Origin: Vicinamibacteria bacterium
GTDB lineage: Bacteria > Acidobacteriota > Vicinamibacteria > Vicinamibacterales > JAENWD01
Direction of reading: 5' to 3'
Length of the DNA stretch: 64,000 nt
NCBI GenBank assembly: GCA_963796915.1
Contig: CAWCNI010000004.1
Span: 130,758-194,757 of the forward strand
Part shown: positions 17,547-27,165 of the stretch, one piece after another
How positions within the stretch are numbered: the first letter of the stretch is position 1
Layout of the letters: each line of letters opens with the position of its first letter
Translations under genes and position numbers: made by a program
The notes under the pieces: model-generated
What the model was told of the DNA's origin: nothing
What the model saw: only the letters and a program-made list of their open reading frames with translations
Databases searched by the model: none

Positions 17547-18413
17547 ATGGACCAGACGATTCACCCGGTCTCCGCCGCACCCGCTGCCCCGCCAGTGCCG
17601 TCGCTGGTGGCCGCCTCGCTCCGCGTCTTCGACCTCTCGCTCTGGGAGATGCTCTGGTCGCGCCGCACGGTGTTTCTGGCACTGGTCGTCGGCGCGCCGG
17701 TCGTCATGGCCCTGTGCCTGCGGGTGCTCGACGTCGCGCACTCGGCCGGCATGCGCGTCAACGGCGTCAAGCTCGGAGGGACCGCGCTGTTCAGCCTGAT
17801 GCTGTGGGGGCCGTTCCTGCGCGCCATCATCCCGCTGCTGGGTGTGTTCTACGGCACCTCCCTCATTGCCGACGAGGTCGAGGACAAGACGATCACCTAC
17901 CTGTTCACCCGACCGATTCGGCGGTCGGCGGTGCTCATCGGGAAGTACCTGGCCTATCTGGCGTCCACGGTCCTCATCGTGCTGCCGGCGGTGATGCTGG
18001 TCTACTTCCTGGTGGTCCCGATTGGCGGGGGCAGCATCGCCGCGACCTTCCTGGACCTGATCCGCGATCTGGCGCTGCTGGCGGCCGGCCTGGCCGTCTA
18101 CGGCGCCGTCTTTGCGGCCGTGGGGGCCTGGATCAAGCGGCCCGTGCTCGCTGGCCTGCTGTACGTCTTCGGCTGGGAGGTCCTGGCCCTCTCCCTGCCC
18201 GGGTACCTCAAGCGGTTTACCGTCGCCTTCTACCTCAAGGGCCTCGTGCCGGGCGGGGTGCCGCAGCAGGACGTGGTGTCGATGCTGGAGTCGTATTTCC
18301 GGGAGTCGGTGCCGGCAATTGAGGCGATTGCCGTGCTGGCGGCGATAATGGCGGTGTCGCTCGCGCTGGCCGCGCGGGCCGTCGAACGCCGGGAATACGT
18401 ACTGGAACAATGA
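17547..18413 (+). CDS. ABC-2 type transporter permease (second permease)
   Basis: 288-aa multi-TM protein that starts 2 nt after the ATPase stop. Confidence 0.8.
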   Translation: MDQTIHPVSAAPAAPPVPSLVAASLRVFDLSLWEMLWSRRTVFLALVVGAPVVMALCLRVLDVAHSAGMRVNGVKLGGTALFSLMLWGPFLRAIIPLLGVFYGTSLIADEVEDKTITYLFTRPIRRSAVLIGKYLAYLASTVLIVLPAVMLVYFLVVPIGGGSIAATFLDLIRDLALLAAGLAVYGAVFAAVGAWIKRPVLAGLLYVFGWEVLALSLPGYLKRFTVAFYLKGLVPGGVPQQDVVSMLESYFRESVPAIEAIAVLAAIMAVSLALAARAVERREYVLEQ

Positions 18414-18474
18414 GTTGGGGCGAATTTCGGAACCCGTCCTTGCCCGGTCGCGTATACCAGCCTAGAGGGGCTCG

Positions 18475-19467
18475 ATGACGAAGAGGACACGCTACTTTCT
18501 GTTCGGGTCGGTGACGGTGCTGCTGGTGGGGCTCTGCACGGGTCTGGTGGCGTTCTACACCGGAATGCCGATGGGCGCCTTTGCCCGCCCGCAGGGTCCT
18601 TCTGAGCTCCATTACGTGCCCGCTGACGCGACCATCGTCGCCTATGCCGATGTGCGCGAAGTCATGCAGTCCGAGTTCCGCCAGAAGCTGCGGGCCGCGC
18701 TGCCGAAAGACGAGCACGGCCAGGAAGACTTCCAGAAGGCGACCGGCATCGACATCGAGCACGACATCGACCACGTCGTGGCGTTCGCCGAGCCCGGGGG
18801 CACCGAGTCGCAGAAGACCGGGATGGTGCTGGCCGCCGGCCGCTTCGACGCCGGGCGCCTCGAGGCGCTGGCGCGCGAACATGACGGGCAGGTCGAAGAA
18901 TACAAGGGCAAGCGCCTGGTTACGGTGCAGCACTTCGAAGACTCCGACAGCAACAACTCGCGTCAGAGCCTGACAGTGGCGTTCCTCGAGCCGGGCCTCG
19001 TCGCCCTCGGGACGACAGGCACTGTGAAGGGCGCCATCGACCGGCAGGGCGGCACCAGCGTGCTCGCCAACCGGGAGATGATGAACCTGGTCAAGGACCT
19101 CGACGACTCCAACGCGTGGGCGGTCGGCCGGTTCGACGCGCTCATCAGCCAGGCCAAGCTGCCAGAGGACGTCGCCGGGCGCATCCCGTCGGTGCGCTGG
19201 TTCTCGGCCAGCGGCCACATCAACGGCGGCCTGCGCGGCGCCATCCGCGCCGAAGCGCGGGACGAGCAGGCCGGCCAGAACCTCCGCGACGTCGTCCAGG
19301 GCTTCCTGGCGCTCGCGCGGATGCAGGCCGGCTCACGCCCCGAGCTCCAGGCGATGCTGAACTCGCTGCAGCTCTCCGGCGCCGGCAAGACCGTCTCGCT
19401 CAACTTCGAAGTCCCGGCGCAGATCTTCGACCTGATGGCCCCGCCGCACAAGAACGCGGAAGACTAA
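18475..19467 (+). CDS. membrane-anchored hypothetical protein (N-terminal TM, large extracytoplasmic domain)
   Basis: 330 aa with the N-terminus MTKRTRYFLFGSVTVLLVGLCTGLVAFYTG followed by a soluble domain. It is the last gene of the ABC locus on the same strand. No family recognised. Confidence 0.65.
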   Translation: MTKRTRYFLFGSVTVLLVGLCTGLVAFYTGMPMGAFARPQGPSELHYVPADATIVAYADVREVMQSEFRQKLRAALPKDEHGQEDFQKATGIDIEHDIDHVVAFAEPGGTESQKTGMVLAAGRFDAGRLEALAREHDGQVEEYKGKRLVTVQHFEDSDSNNSRQSLTVAFLEPGLVALGTTGTVKGAIDRQGGTSVLANREMMNLVKDLDDSNAWAVGRFDALISQAKLPEDVAGRIPSVRWFSASGHINGGLRGAIRAEARDEQAGQNLRDVVQGFLALARMQAGSRPELQAMLNSLQLSGAGKTVSLNFEVPAQIFDLMAPPHKNAED

Positions 19468-19469
19468 AC

Positions 19470-19895
19470 GCAGCACTTGCAGGTGTGTGCTGCAGGTGCT
19501 GCAGTGCAGGGGTGCTGCAGTGCGGCGGTGCGGTGCTGAAGTGCTGGGGTGCTGAAGTGCCGCAGTGCGACCGTAGGGCCGATCTTTAGATCGGCCAAAA
19601 CCGTGGCCGAACTAACGTCCGCCCTATCAGCGCGGACGTTCTGCTGGCTTCCCCGCGCTGCCAGACTATGGCACCGCCGCGCTGGTGGCCGATCTAACCA
19701 GCCTGCGCCAGGGCTTCGGCGGTTCGCCCGACCTTTAGCGAAGGCGAAAGATCGGCCCTACAGCAGCCCGCTTTCAAGGACCTCCGCACTTCCGCACTGC
19801 TGCACGTCCGCACCGCACTTCCGCACTGCAGCACTGCTGCACTTCCGCACCGCACTGCCCGCACCGCAGCCCTGCAGCACCAGCCCCCACTTCAA
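19470..19895. repeat. palindromic intergenic module: GTGCTG-type tandem arm, REP, long-loop REP, GCAC-type complementary arm
   Basis: The left arm (19470..19570) is rich in GTGCTGCA/GTGCTGAA/GTGCGGCG units. A REP sits at 19573..19596 and a long-loop REP at 19687..19761. The right arm (19775..19890) is rich in the complement GCACTTCCGCAC/GCACTGCAGCAC. Confidence 0.85.
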
Positions 19896-19909
19896 CTACA
19901 CTTTCCGGA

Positions 19910-20314
19910 ATGGGTCCGGAACTGGTCTTCTTCTACGGCACCCTGATGACCGGCTTCGACCGGCGGCGCCGGCTGGGCATGGATGCCCGCCTGGCGTTTC
20001 GCGGCCGCGGCTGGATTCATGCGGCGCTGTTCGACCTCGGGCTGTACCCCGCCGCGGTGCCGGCGCCGGACCGCAAAGTGTGGGGCGAGGTGTTCGAGCT
20101 CCTCGATCCGGAACCAGTCCTGGCGGCGCTCGACAGCATCGAAGGCTTCAGCGCTGATGCGCCCGACGCCAGCCTCTACGTGCGACGCTCGGTGCCCGTC
20201 CATCTCGATGACGGCTCGGAAGCCGACGCCTGGGCCTACTTCTACAACGCGCCGCTGGCCAACGCGCCGCGCATAGACTCGGGCGACTATCTCGCCTACC
20301 TCAAACTCCGGTGA
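19910..20314 (+). CDS. gamma-glutamylcyclotransferase (AIG2/GGACT-like) family protein
   Basis: 134 aa. The N-terminus LVFFYGTLMTGF and the motif VWGEVFEL...LDSIEGF are typical of the GGCT-like fold. Confidence 0.8.
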   Translation: MGPELVFFYGTLMTGFDRRRRLGMDARLAFRGRGWIHAALFDLGLYPAAVPAPDRKVWGEVFELLDPEPVLAALDSIEGFSADAPDASLYVRRSVPVHLDDGSEADAWAYFYNAPLANAPRIDSGDYLAYLKLR

Positions 20315-21654
20315 TCGTCGTGCACAAGACCCTGATTGCGACAGTGTGCGCGCTCTGTGTCTGCCAGTCGTCAACGCTCCGCGCTCAGGCGCCGGCCGCC
20401 GACGCGCAGGTGGAATCAATTGTCGCCGCGGTCTCGAAAGAGCGGCTCGCGGCAACGATCCAGGCGCTGGCCGCCTTCGGCACGCGCCAGATCTACTCCG
20501 ATACCACCTCGCCGACGCGCGGCATCGGCGCCGCCCGCGAGTGGATCCGGCAGCAATTCATCGCCGCCGGGCCGAAGCTGCAGGTGAGCTTCGACGTCTA
20601 CCAGGTGGCCGCCCAGGGGGGGCGGCTCCCGCGCGACGTCGAGCTGAGAAACGTCGTCGCGGTGCTTCCCGGCCGATCGCCGCGGAGGCTCTACGTGACG
20701 GGCCACTACGACTCGGTCGCACGGCGCACCGACGGCACGGGCGACCGCGACGGCTTCGACTGGACCAGAGCCGACAACGACGCCCCCGGCGCCAATGACG
20801 ACGGCAGCGGGACGGCGCTGGTGCTGGAACTGGCCCGCGTGTTCGCGCAGAGCAACGCGCAGTTCGACGCGACGCTGGTCTTCGTGGCGTTTGCGGGCGA
20901 GGAGGAGGGACTGGTGGGCTCGTCGCTCCACGCGGCCCGCGCGACTGCGGAGCACTGGCCGATCGACGCCGTCCTCAACAACGACATTGTCGGCGGGAGT
21001 CATGGCGGAGATGGCGTCATCGACACCGGGACCGTTCGCGTGTTTTCGCAAGGGCCCGAGGACTCCGGGTCGCGGGCGCTCGCGCGGTACGTGCGGCGTC
21101 AGGCAGCGCGCTACGTGCCGTCGCAGAACGTGGTGCTGGCGGCGCGGGCCGATCGCTTCGGCCGTGGCGGCGATCACAGCCCGTTCAACGACAAGGGGTT
21201 CACCGCCATCCGCATGACGGAGGCCAGGGAGAACTACTCGCACCAGCACACCATCGCGGACACCCCTGACGGTGTCGATCCGGCCTACCTGCAGCGCAAT
21301 GCGCAGATCAACGCAGCCACGCTCGCGTCACTGGCGCTGGCGCCGCCGGCGCCGGTGGTGACCGACGACCGCGGCCGTGCGCAGCTTACGCGCGGCGAAA
21401 GCGGATACGACGCGTCGCTGTCGTGGACGGCGGCGCCGGGCGCGTCAGGATATCGGGTGTTCTGGCGGAAAGCCTGGGCGACGGACTGGGAGCACGAGCT
21501 GGCACTGGGCAGCGGGACGACGGCCACGCTCAAGGGCGTGTCGATTGACGACGTCGTCATCGGCGTCGCCGCGGTGGACGCGCAGGGCCACGAAAGCCTG
21601 GTCAGCGCTTACGTCGTGCAGGGGTTTCCGCGGGGAGAGATCAAGACGAAGTAG
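20311..21654 (+). CDS. M28-family metallopeptidase with C-terminal FN3-like domain
   Basis: 447 aa. The GTG start overlaps the upstream stop (GTGA). Seen: a signal peptide (TLIATVCALCVCQSSTLRAQA), M28 motifs GHYDS, GANDDGSGTALVLELARVF, FAGEEEGLVGS and GGDHSPF, and a C-terminus WTAAPGASGYRVFWR. Confidence 0.88.
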   Translation: MIVVHKTLIATVCALCVCQSSTLRAQAPAADAQVESIVAAVSKERLAATIQALAAFGTRQIYSDTTSPTRGIGAAREWIRQQFIAAGPKLQVSFDVYQVAAQGGRLPRDVELRNVVAVLPGRSPRRLYVTGHYDSVARRTDGTGDRDGFDWTRADNDAPGANDDGSGTALVLELARVFAQSNAQFDATLVFVAFAGEEEGLVGSSLHAARATAEHWPIDAVLNNDIVGGSHGGDGVIDTGTVRVFSQGPEDSGSRALARYVRRQAARYVPSQNVVLAARADRFGRGGDHSPFNDKGFTAIRMTEARENYSHQHTIADTPDGVDPAYLQRNAQINAATLASLALAPPAPVVTDDRGRAQLTRGESGYDASLSWTAAPGASGYRVFWRKAWATDWEHELALGSGTTATLKGVSIDDVVIGVAAVDAQGHESLVSAYVVQGFPRGEIKTK

Positions 21655-21672
21655 TGACGAGCGCCAGCGGAT

Positions 21673-21788
21673 GGCCGATCTGAGGGTCGGCCTAAAGTCG
21701 GGCGTAGCCGAGATCGTCGCGGAAGACCGAGAACGGAAAGACGCGGGGCGGTGCGGGAGCGTCGGTAGGGCCGATCTTTAGATCGGCC
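21673..21788. repeat. degenerate REP (21673..21692) and canonical REP (21765..21788)
   Basis: The degenerate copy is GGCCGATCTGAGGGTCGGCC. The canonical copy is GTAGGGCCGATCTTTAGATCGGCC. Confidence 0.85.
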
Positions 21789-21808
21789 ATCGGCGTGGCG
21801 GACCGCGT

Positions 21809-22150
21809 CTATCCCTGGCGGCCTGTCTTGACCGCTTCCAGGAACTCTGTGATCGCCGTCGCCACCCATTCGGGCGTGTCGACGAACTCCAGGCCCGCGA
21901 GATAGCGAACCGCCTCGGAGTCGACGTCGGCGATGTGGCAATGCGCCACGCGCCCCTTGACGACGACGGTCAGGCTGCCGAGCGCGATGCGGAACTCGTG
22001 CAGCGAGTTGATCTGCAGGGCAAACGCCATTTCGATCTGCGCGCCACCCCGGCTCAACTCCTTCACCAGGATCGGCTGCTGAACGGTGGCGGCGCCGAGC
22101 AGATCGCCCAGGATCTGGATGCGTTCGAAATCTCGCCGACTCTCGGACAT
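21809..22150 (-). CDS. PilZ-domain protein (putative c-di-GMP receptor)
   Basis: 113 aa with an RxxxR motif (RRDFER) near the N-terminus and an xSxxG motif (ELSRGG) about 25 aa later. It lies directly downstream of the receiver-like gene. Confidence 0.75.
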   Translation of the reverse strand: MSESRRDFERIQILGDLLGAATVQQPILVKELSRGGAQIEMAFALQINSLHEFRIALGSLTVVVKGRVAHCHIADVDSEAVRYLAGLEFVDTPEWVATAITEFLEAVKTGRQG

Positions 22151-22177
22151 GACTGGCGAAGGACTATACCAGCCGGG

Positions 22178-22558
22178 TCAGTTCAGCCGCAACGGCACGT
22201 GCGGCGTGCGGTCCGCCGCGTCCTCGATGTCCATCTCGTCGTCGCTGGTGTCCTCGAGATTGTTGGTGTAGGTGACTACCGGGATGCTCTCGGTGTCCTG
22301 ATCCAGCTTCAACATGGACAACAGCTGAAATCCCTCGAGTTCGTCGATGTGCACAGACAAGACGACGAGATCGGGCTGCTCCCGCTTGATCAGGGAGTAG
22401 GCGTGCTCGCCGGCATTGGCAAAGAGCAGATCGTATCTGCCGCCGTCGAGGGCTGACTCGAGCAGCGTCAGGACCTGGGGATTGCCGTCCACGACAACCA
22501 CCTTCCGCGGCAACTGTGCCACGTGCGTCAGACTCTGCCCAGCGATCTGCATGTCCAT
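22178..22558 (-). CDS. receiver-like (pseudo-receiver) single-domain protein
   Basis: CheY-like beta1 ([10 protein letters not shown]), beta3 ([15 protein letters not shown]) and beta4 (IPVVTYT). By my hand alignment the phospho-acceptor Asp position is Ser. There is no recognisable beta5 Lys region and the tail is acidic. The start is uncertain (ATG 22558 or 22552; the track ORF begins at TTG 22582). Confidence 0.65.
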   Translation of the reverse strand: MDMQIAGQSLTHVAQLPRKVVVVDGNPQVLTLLESALDGGRYDLLFANAGEHAYSLIKREQPDLVVLSVHIDELEGFQLLSMLKLDQDTESIPVVTYTNNLEDTSDDEMDIEDAADRTPHVPLRLN

Positions 22559-22848
22559 GTCCTCTGCGCCTTTCCAATACAAGAATCGGGCCAGCCTCCG
22601 CGTTGCTGATGCCTACCCGCGATTGCCCGTCGCACCAGCAGCTGGCGCTGCCAAAAAGCCGGTGTCCTCGACCGGCAAATGCCACCTCGACCACCACGTT
22701 CGCAGCGGGCTTCACCAACGGCCTCGCTGCCGGACACTGCCCGTCTGCCGCGCAATTTCACGGCCTCTTATCAAGTCCTGACGTAAGCCTGCACCGGATG
22801 TTCCGGCCGCGCCTTGCGCCAGATCAAACGGTACGGCACTCTGGGCGG

Positions 22849-24360
22849 ATGCCGACCTCCGAGACGCTGTCTGCCCGCTGCAAGAACTTCATCAACGGCG
22901 AATGGGTGCCCGCCGCCTCGACCGACGCCTTCGACAATCGCAGTCCCGCCGACAGCAGCGATCTGATCGGAGAGATTCCGCGATCCAATGCGTCGGACGT
23001 CGAGGCGGCCGTTGGCGCCGCCCGCGACGCGTTTCCACGCTGGCGGCTGGTGCCTGCGCCCAAGCGCGCCGAGGTCCTGTACAAGGCGGCGGAGCTGCTG
23101 GCGCAGCGCAAGGAGGACTACGCCCGCACGATGACCCGCGAGATGGGGAAGATCCTGGACGAGACGCGCGGCGACGTGCAGGAAGCCATCGACATGAGCT
23201 ACCTGATGGCGGGCGAGGGGCGTCGCATGTACGGCCAGACGGTGCCCTCCGAGCTTCGCGACAAGTTCGCGATGTCGATCCGCCAGCCGATCGGCGTGTG
23301 CGGGATGATCACGGCCTGGAACTTTCCGATTGCGGTGCCGTCGTGGAAGATTCTTCCGGCCCTTGTCTGCGGCAACACCGTCGTCTTCAAGCCGGCAGAG
23401 GAGGCGCCAGCGTCCGCGGTGAACTTCGTGCAGGCGCTGCACGACGCCGGCCTTCCGCCTGGCGTCCTGAACCTGGTGCTCGGCGACGGGCCGGGCGCCG
23501 GCGGCCCGCTGCTGGCCCACCCGGACGTGAAGGTCGTGTCGTTCACCGGATCGACGGAGACCGGCCGCCTGGTGAACCAGGCGTGTGCGCCGTCGTTCAA
23601 GAAGGTCCACCTCGAGATGGGCGGCAAGAACGTCATCATGGTGATGGACGACGCGGCGCTGGACCTGGCGGTGGACGGCGCGCTGTGGGGCGGGTTCGGG
23701 ACGACGGGGCAGCGCTGCACGGCGGCAAGCCGCGTCATCGTGCACAAGAGCGTGCACAAGAAGTTCGTCGACGCCTTCGTGGCCCGGGCGAAGACGCTGC
23801 GCGTCGGCGACGGGCTCGACCCGGCGACCCAGATGGGGCCGGTGGTGAGCGAGACGCAGCTGAATCGCGTGATGGACTACGTGAAGATCGGCAAGGACGA
23901 GGGCGCGCACCTGGCCACCGGCGGCAATCGCCTCGGCGGCGGCAGCCTGGCCAGGGGACATTTTCACGAGCCGACGATTTTCACCGAGGTCGGACCGTCG
24001 ATGCGCATCGCCCGCGAGGAGATCTTCGGGCCCGTCGTGTCGGTGCTGTCCTGCAGCTCGCTTGACGAAGCGATCGCCATGGCCAATGACGTCGCGTACG
24101 GCCTGTCGGCGTCGATTTACACGCAGGACATCAACAAGGCCTTCGCCGCCATGCGCGATGTCTACACCGGGCTGTTCTACGTGAACGCGCCGACGATTGG
24201 CGCGGAAGTGCACCTGCCGTTTGGCGGCACCAAGGCGACAGGCAACGGCCATCGCGAGGCGGGCACGGCGGCCCTCGACGTCTTCTCCGAGTGGAAGTCG
24301 GTGTACGTGGACTTCAGCGGCAGGCTCCAGCGCGCGCAGATCGACGCTGTCGAGATCTAA
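22849..24360 (+). CDS. NAD(P)-dependent aldehyde dehydrogenase
   Basis: ORF 22516..24360 trimmed to ATG 22849 ([20 protein letters not shown]), giving 503 aa. ALDH motifs seen: ITAWNFP, VFKPAE, LEMGGKN and GQRCTAASR (catalytic Cys). Confidence 0.9.
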   Translation: MPTSETLSARCKNFINGEWVPAASTDAFDNRSPADSSDLIGEIPRSNASDVEAAVGAARDAFPRWRLVPAPKRAEVLYKAAELLAQRKEDYARTMTREMGKILDETRGDVQEAIDMSYLMAGEGRRMYGQTVPSELRDKFAMSIRQPIGVCGMITAWNFPIAVPSWKILPALVCGNTVVFKPAEEAPASAVNFVQALHDAGLPPGVLNLVLGDGPGAGGPLLAHPDVKVVSFTGSTETGRLVNQACAPSFKKVHLEMGGKNVIMVMDDAALDLAVDGALWGGFGTTGQRCTAASRVIVHKSVHKKFVDAFVARAKTLRVGDGLDPATQMGPVVSETQLNRVMDYVKIGKDEGAHLATGGNRLGGGSLARGHFHEPTIFTEVGPSMRIAREEIFGPVVSVLSCSSLDEAIAMANDVAYGLSASIYTQDINKAFAAMRDVYTGLFYVNAPTIGAEVHLPFGGTKATGNGHREAGTAALDVFSEWKSVYVDFSGRLQRAQIDAVEI

Positions 24361-24367
24361 AGGGCCG

Positions 24368-24475
24368 GTAGGGCCAATCTTCAGATTGGCCACGCCGATC
24401 GAAACGTCAGGCCGATCTAAAGATCGGCCCTACCGGCGTCTGAAGCCCGTAGCCCGTAGCCCGTAGCCCGTAGCC
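24368..24475. repeat. REP doublet (24368..24391, 24410..24433) followed by (CCCGTAG)x4
   Basis: GTAGGGCCAATCTTCAGATTGGCC and GGCCGATCTAAAGATCGGCCCTAC form an inverted pair. The heptamer array runs 24446..24475. Confidence 0.9.
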
Positions 24476-24506
24476 TCGAGCCCGGAGCCCAGAGTAAAGT
24501 GACGCC

Positions 24507-27156
24507 GTGACGCACAGGTCTGTCACCGCGCTTGTCGGACTCTGCCTCGTTCTCTCTTATCCCGCCACGACCGTCGGACGCCAGACGCCTGTCCCGAGGC
24601 CGGCCGACGTCCTTGGCTTCACGCCAGGTGACGACTACAAGCTGGCGGATTTCGCGCAGATTCGCGACTACTTCCATCGCCTCGCCGCGGCCTCTGACCG
24701 CGTGCTGGTGTCGTCGGCCGGCACCTCCACCGAGGGCCGGGAGATGCTGGTCGCCGTCATCTCGTCGCCCGACAACCTGCAGCAGCTCGCGCATTTCAAG
24801 GACATCTCGAAGCGCCTCGCGCTCGTGCGCGGCTTGAGCGACGCCGAAGCCCGCGCGCTGGCCGCCGAGGGCAGGGCAGTGGTGTGGATCGACAACGGCC
24901 TGCATGCCAGCGAGGTGGCCTCGGCCCAGCAGTCGATGCTGCTGGCGTGGCGCGTCGCCACCGACGAGAGCGCCGAGATGCGCGCGATCAGGGACAACGT
25001 GATCCTGGTCCTGCTTCCCACCATCAATCCCGACGGCCTCGACATGGTGGCCGATTGGTACCGGCGCAATCTGGGCACGCCCTTCCAGGACAGCGCCATG
25101 CCGTGGCTGTACCAGAAGTACATCGGCCACGACAACAACCGCGACTTCTACATGCAGACGCAGGCCGAGTCGCAGGTCGTCAGCCGCCTGCTCTACCAGG
25201 AGTGGCTGCCGCAGATCCTCTACAACCAGCATCAGGGCACCTGGCCGCCGCGCATCTTCGTCCCGCCGTTTCCCGATCCGTTCAACCCCAACATCGACCC
25301 GCTCGTGATGCGCGGCATCGACCTGGTCGGCGGCGCGATGCTGCGCCGGTTCGAGGCGGAAGGAAAGGACGGCGTCATCTCGCGGCACGAGTTCTCGACC
25401 TGGTACAACGGATCGGTCAGGACGACGGCGTACTTCCACAACATCATCGGCATCCTCACCGAAACCGGCCACGCGTCGGCGACGCCGTTCACCTACAACC
25501 CCGCCGACTTTCCCAAGGAGCTCGACGACGGGATCTCGACGACGGAGCCGTCGACGAGCTATCCGCACCCGTGGAAGGGCGGGACACTGCATCTGCGTGA
25601 CGCGGTGGACTACATGCTGACAGGCTCGCTGGCAGTGCTCGACGTCGCGGCGAAGTATCGCGAGTCGCTGCTCTACGGCAGCTACCAGGTGGGCGCGCGG
25701 CAGATCGCGAAGGGCGGGACGGAGGCGCCGGTGGCCTACGTGATTCCTCCGCAGCAACACGACCTGCCCGTCGCCGCTCGCTTCGTCGAGACGCTCATGA
25801 GGGGCGGAGTGGAAGTCCACCGCGCCGACAGCGCGTTCACGGCGGACGGGCGGGTCTTCGACGCCGGCAGCTGGGTCGTCCGGATGGACCAGCCGTTTCG
25901 TCCGTATGCCAAGGACCTGCTCGAAGCGCAGAAGTACCCGGACATCCGGAGCAGTCCTGGCGGCCCGCCGGTGCCTCCGTACGACACCGCCGGGTGGACG
26001 CTGGCGTATCAGATGGGCGTCACTGCCGTGGCCGTGGGTCATCCGTTCGACGCGACGCTGACGCGACTCGACGCGTATCCGAAGGTGATTGGCCGCATTC
26101 TGGCGGGACCGGACCCCGACGCCCGTGCTGCCGCAGAGGCCGCCGCGCGGGCCCGCAAGCCGGCGACGACGCTGCTGCTCGACGACAAGGCCAACAACAC
26201 GGCGATTGTCGTCAACGCCCTGCTGGCAGCCGGAGTGCCGGTGAGCCGCGCCACCTCGCGTCCCGTCGAGGGCACGCCGGGCGCGGCCCGCGGCGGGTTC
26301 ATCGTCTCGGCCAGAACCGCCGCGCAGGCGGCCCTGGCGGCAGACAGCGTCGAGCAGCACGGCGTCACGGCGCTGCTCGAGACACGCCGCTCACGCACCG
26401 CGCTGCCACCGCTCCGCCGCGCACGGATCGGCGTCTACCGGAGTTGGGTGGCGAACATCGACGAAGGCTGGACGCGATGGCTGCTCGAGCAGTACCGGCT
26501 TCCCGTACACCCGCGTGACCAACGCGATGGCGCAGGCCGGCCACCTCCACGACACCTTCGACGTGCTGATCCTGCCGTCGCAGTCCCCGGGCGCGATGCT
26601 CGAGGGCCACGGCGCCGCCGTTCATTCCGTCTCGGGCCCGTCGAACCCCGTGCCGCCGGAGTATCGCGGCGGCCTCGGCGAGGCCGGTGTGTTGGCGCTC
26701 AAGGACTTCGTCGATGCCGGCGGCGTATTGGTGACCTTCGATCAGGCGAGCGACTTCGTGATCCAGAAGTTCGGCGGCGTCTTCGATCGCATCCACGACG
26801 TCATCGGCCCGCTCGACGAGAAGGTGTTCTATTGCCCGGGCTCGGTGCTGAAGATCCTTGTCGACCCCGGCGCCCCGGAGGCTTTCGGCATGCCTCGCGA
26901 AGCTGCCGCGTTTTTCGCCGAATCGCGCGGCTTCGAAACCGACGACCCGTCAGTGCAGAGCATCGCCCGTTACGCGCCTACCGACCAGCTCCTGATGAGC
27001 GGCTGGCTCCTCGGCGCCGACAAGCTCGCCGGCCGCCACGCGCTGCTCGATGTGCCCTACGGCAAGGGCCGCGTGCTGCTTTTTGCCTTCCGCCCCCAGT
27101 TCCGCGCCCAGCCGCATGGGACGTTCAAGCTGTTGTTCAACGGGCTCTGGCGGTGA
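24507..27156 (+). pseudogene. M14-family zinc peptidase with large C-terminal extension, frame broken by a 1-nt insertion at ~26502-26505
   Basis: GTG start with a signal peptide (MTHRSVTALVGLCLVLSYPATTVG). M14 motifs seen: GLHASE (HxxE), INPDG, HDNNRDFY. Frame A ends ...WLLEQYRLP. Frame B continues YTRVTNAMAQAGHLHDTFDVLILPSQ... to 27156. Joined length is ~882 aa. Confidence 0.8.
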
Positions 27157-27165
27157 CCGGACTTT

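Noticed and set aside
22511-22530. TGGCAC...TTGC on the minus strand as a sigma-54 promoter
   Set aside because: The spacing is wrong (TGGCAC-AG-TTGC, 2 nt instead of 5), and it lies inside the receiver-like coding region.
22771-26360. Minus-strand ORFs 22771..24393 (540 aa) and 24417..26360 (647 aa)
   Set aside because: They are antisense to the aldehyde dehydrogenase and M14 peptidase genes. They begin inside REP elements (the MANLKIGPT... peptide) and have no recognisable domains.
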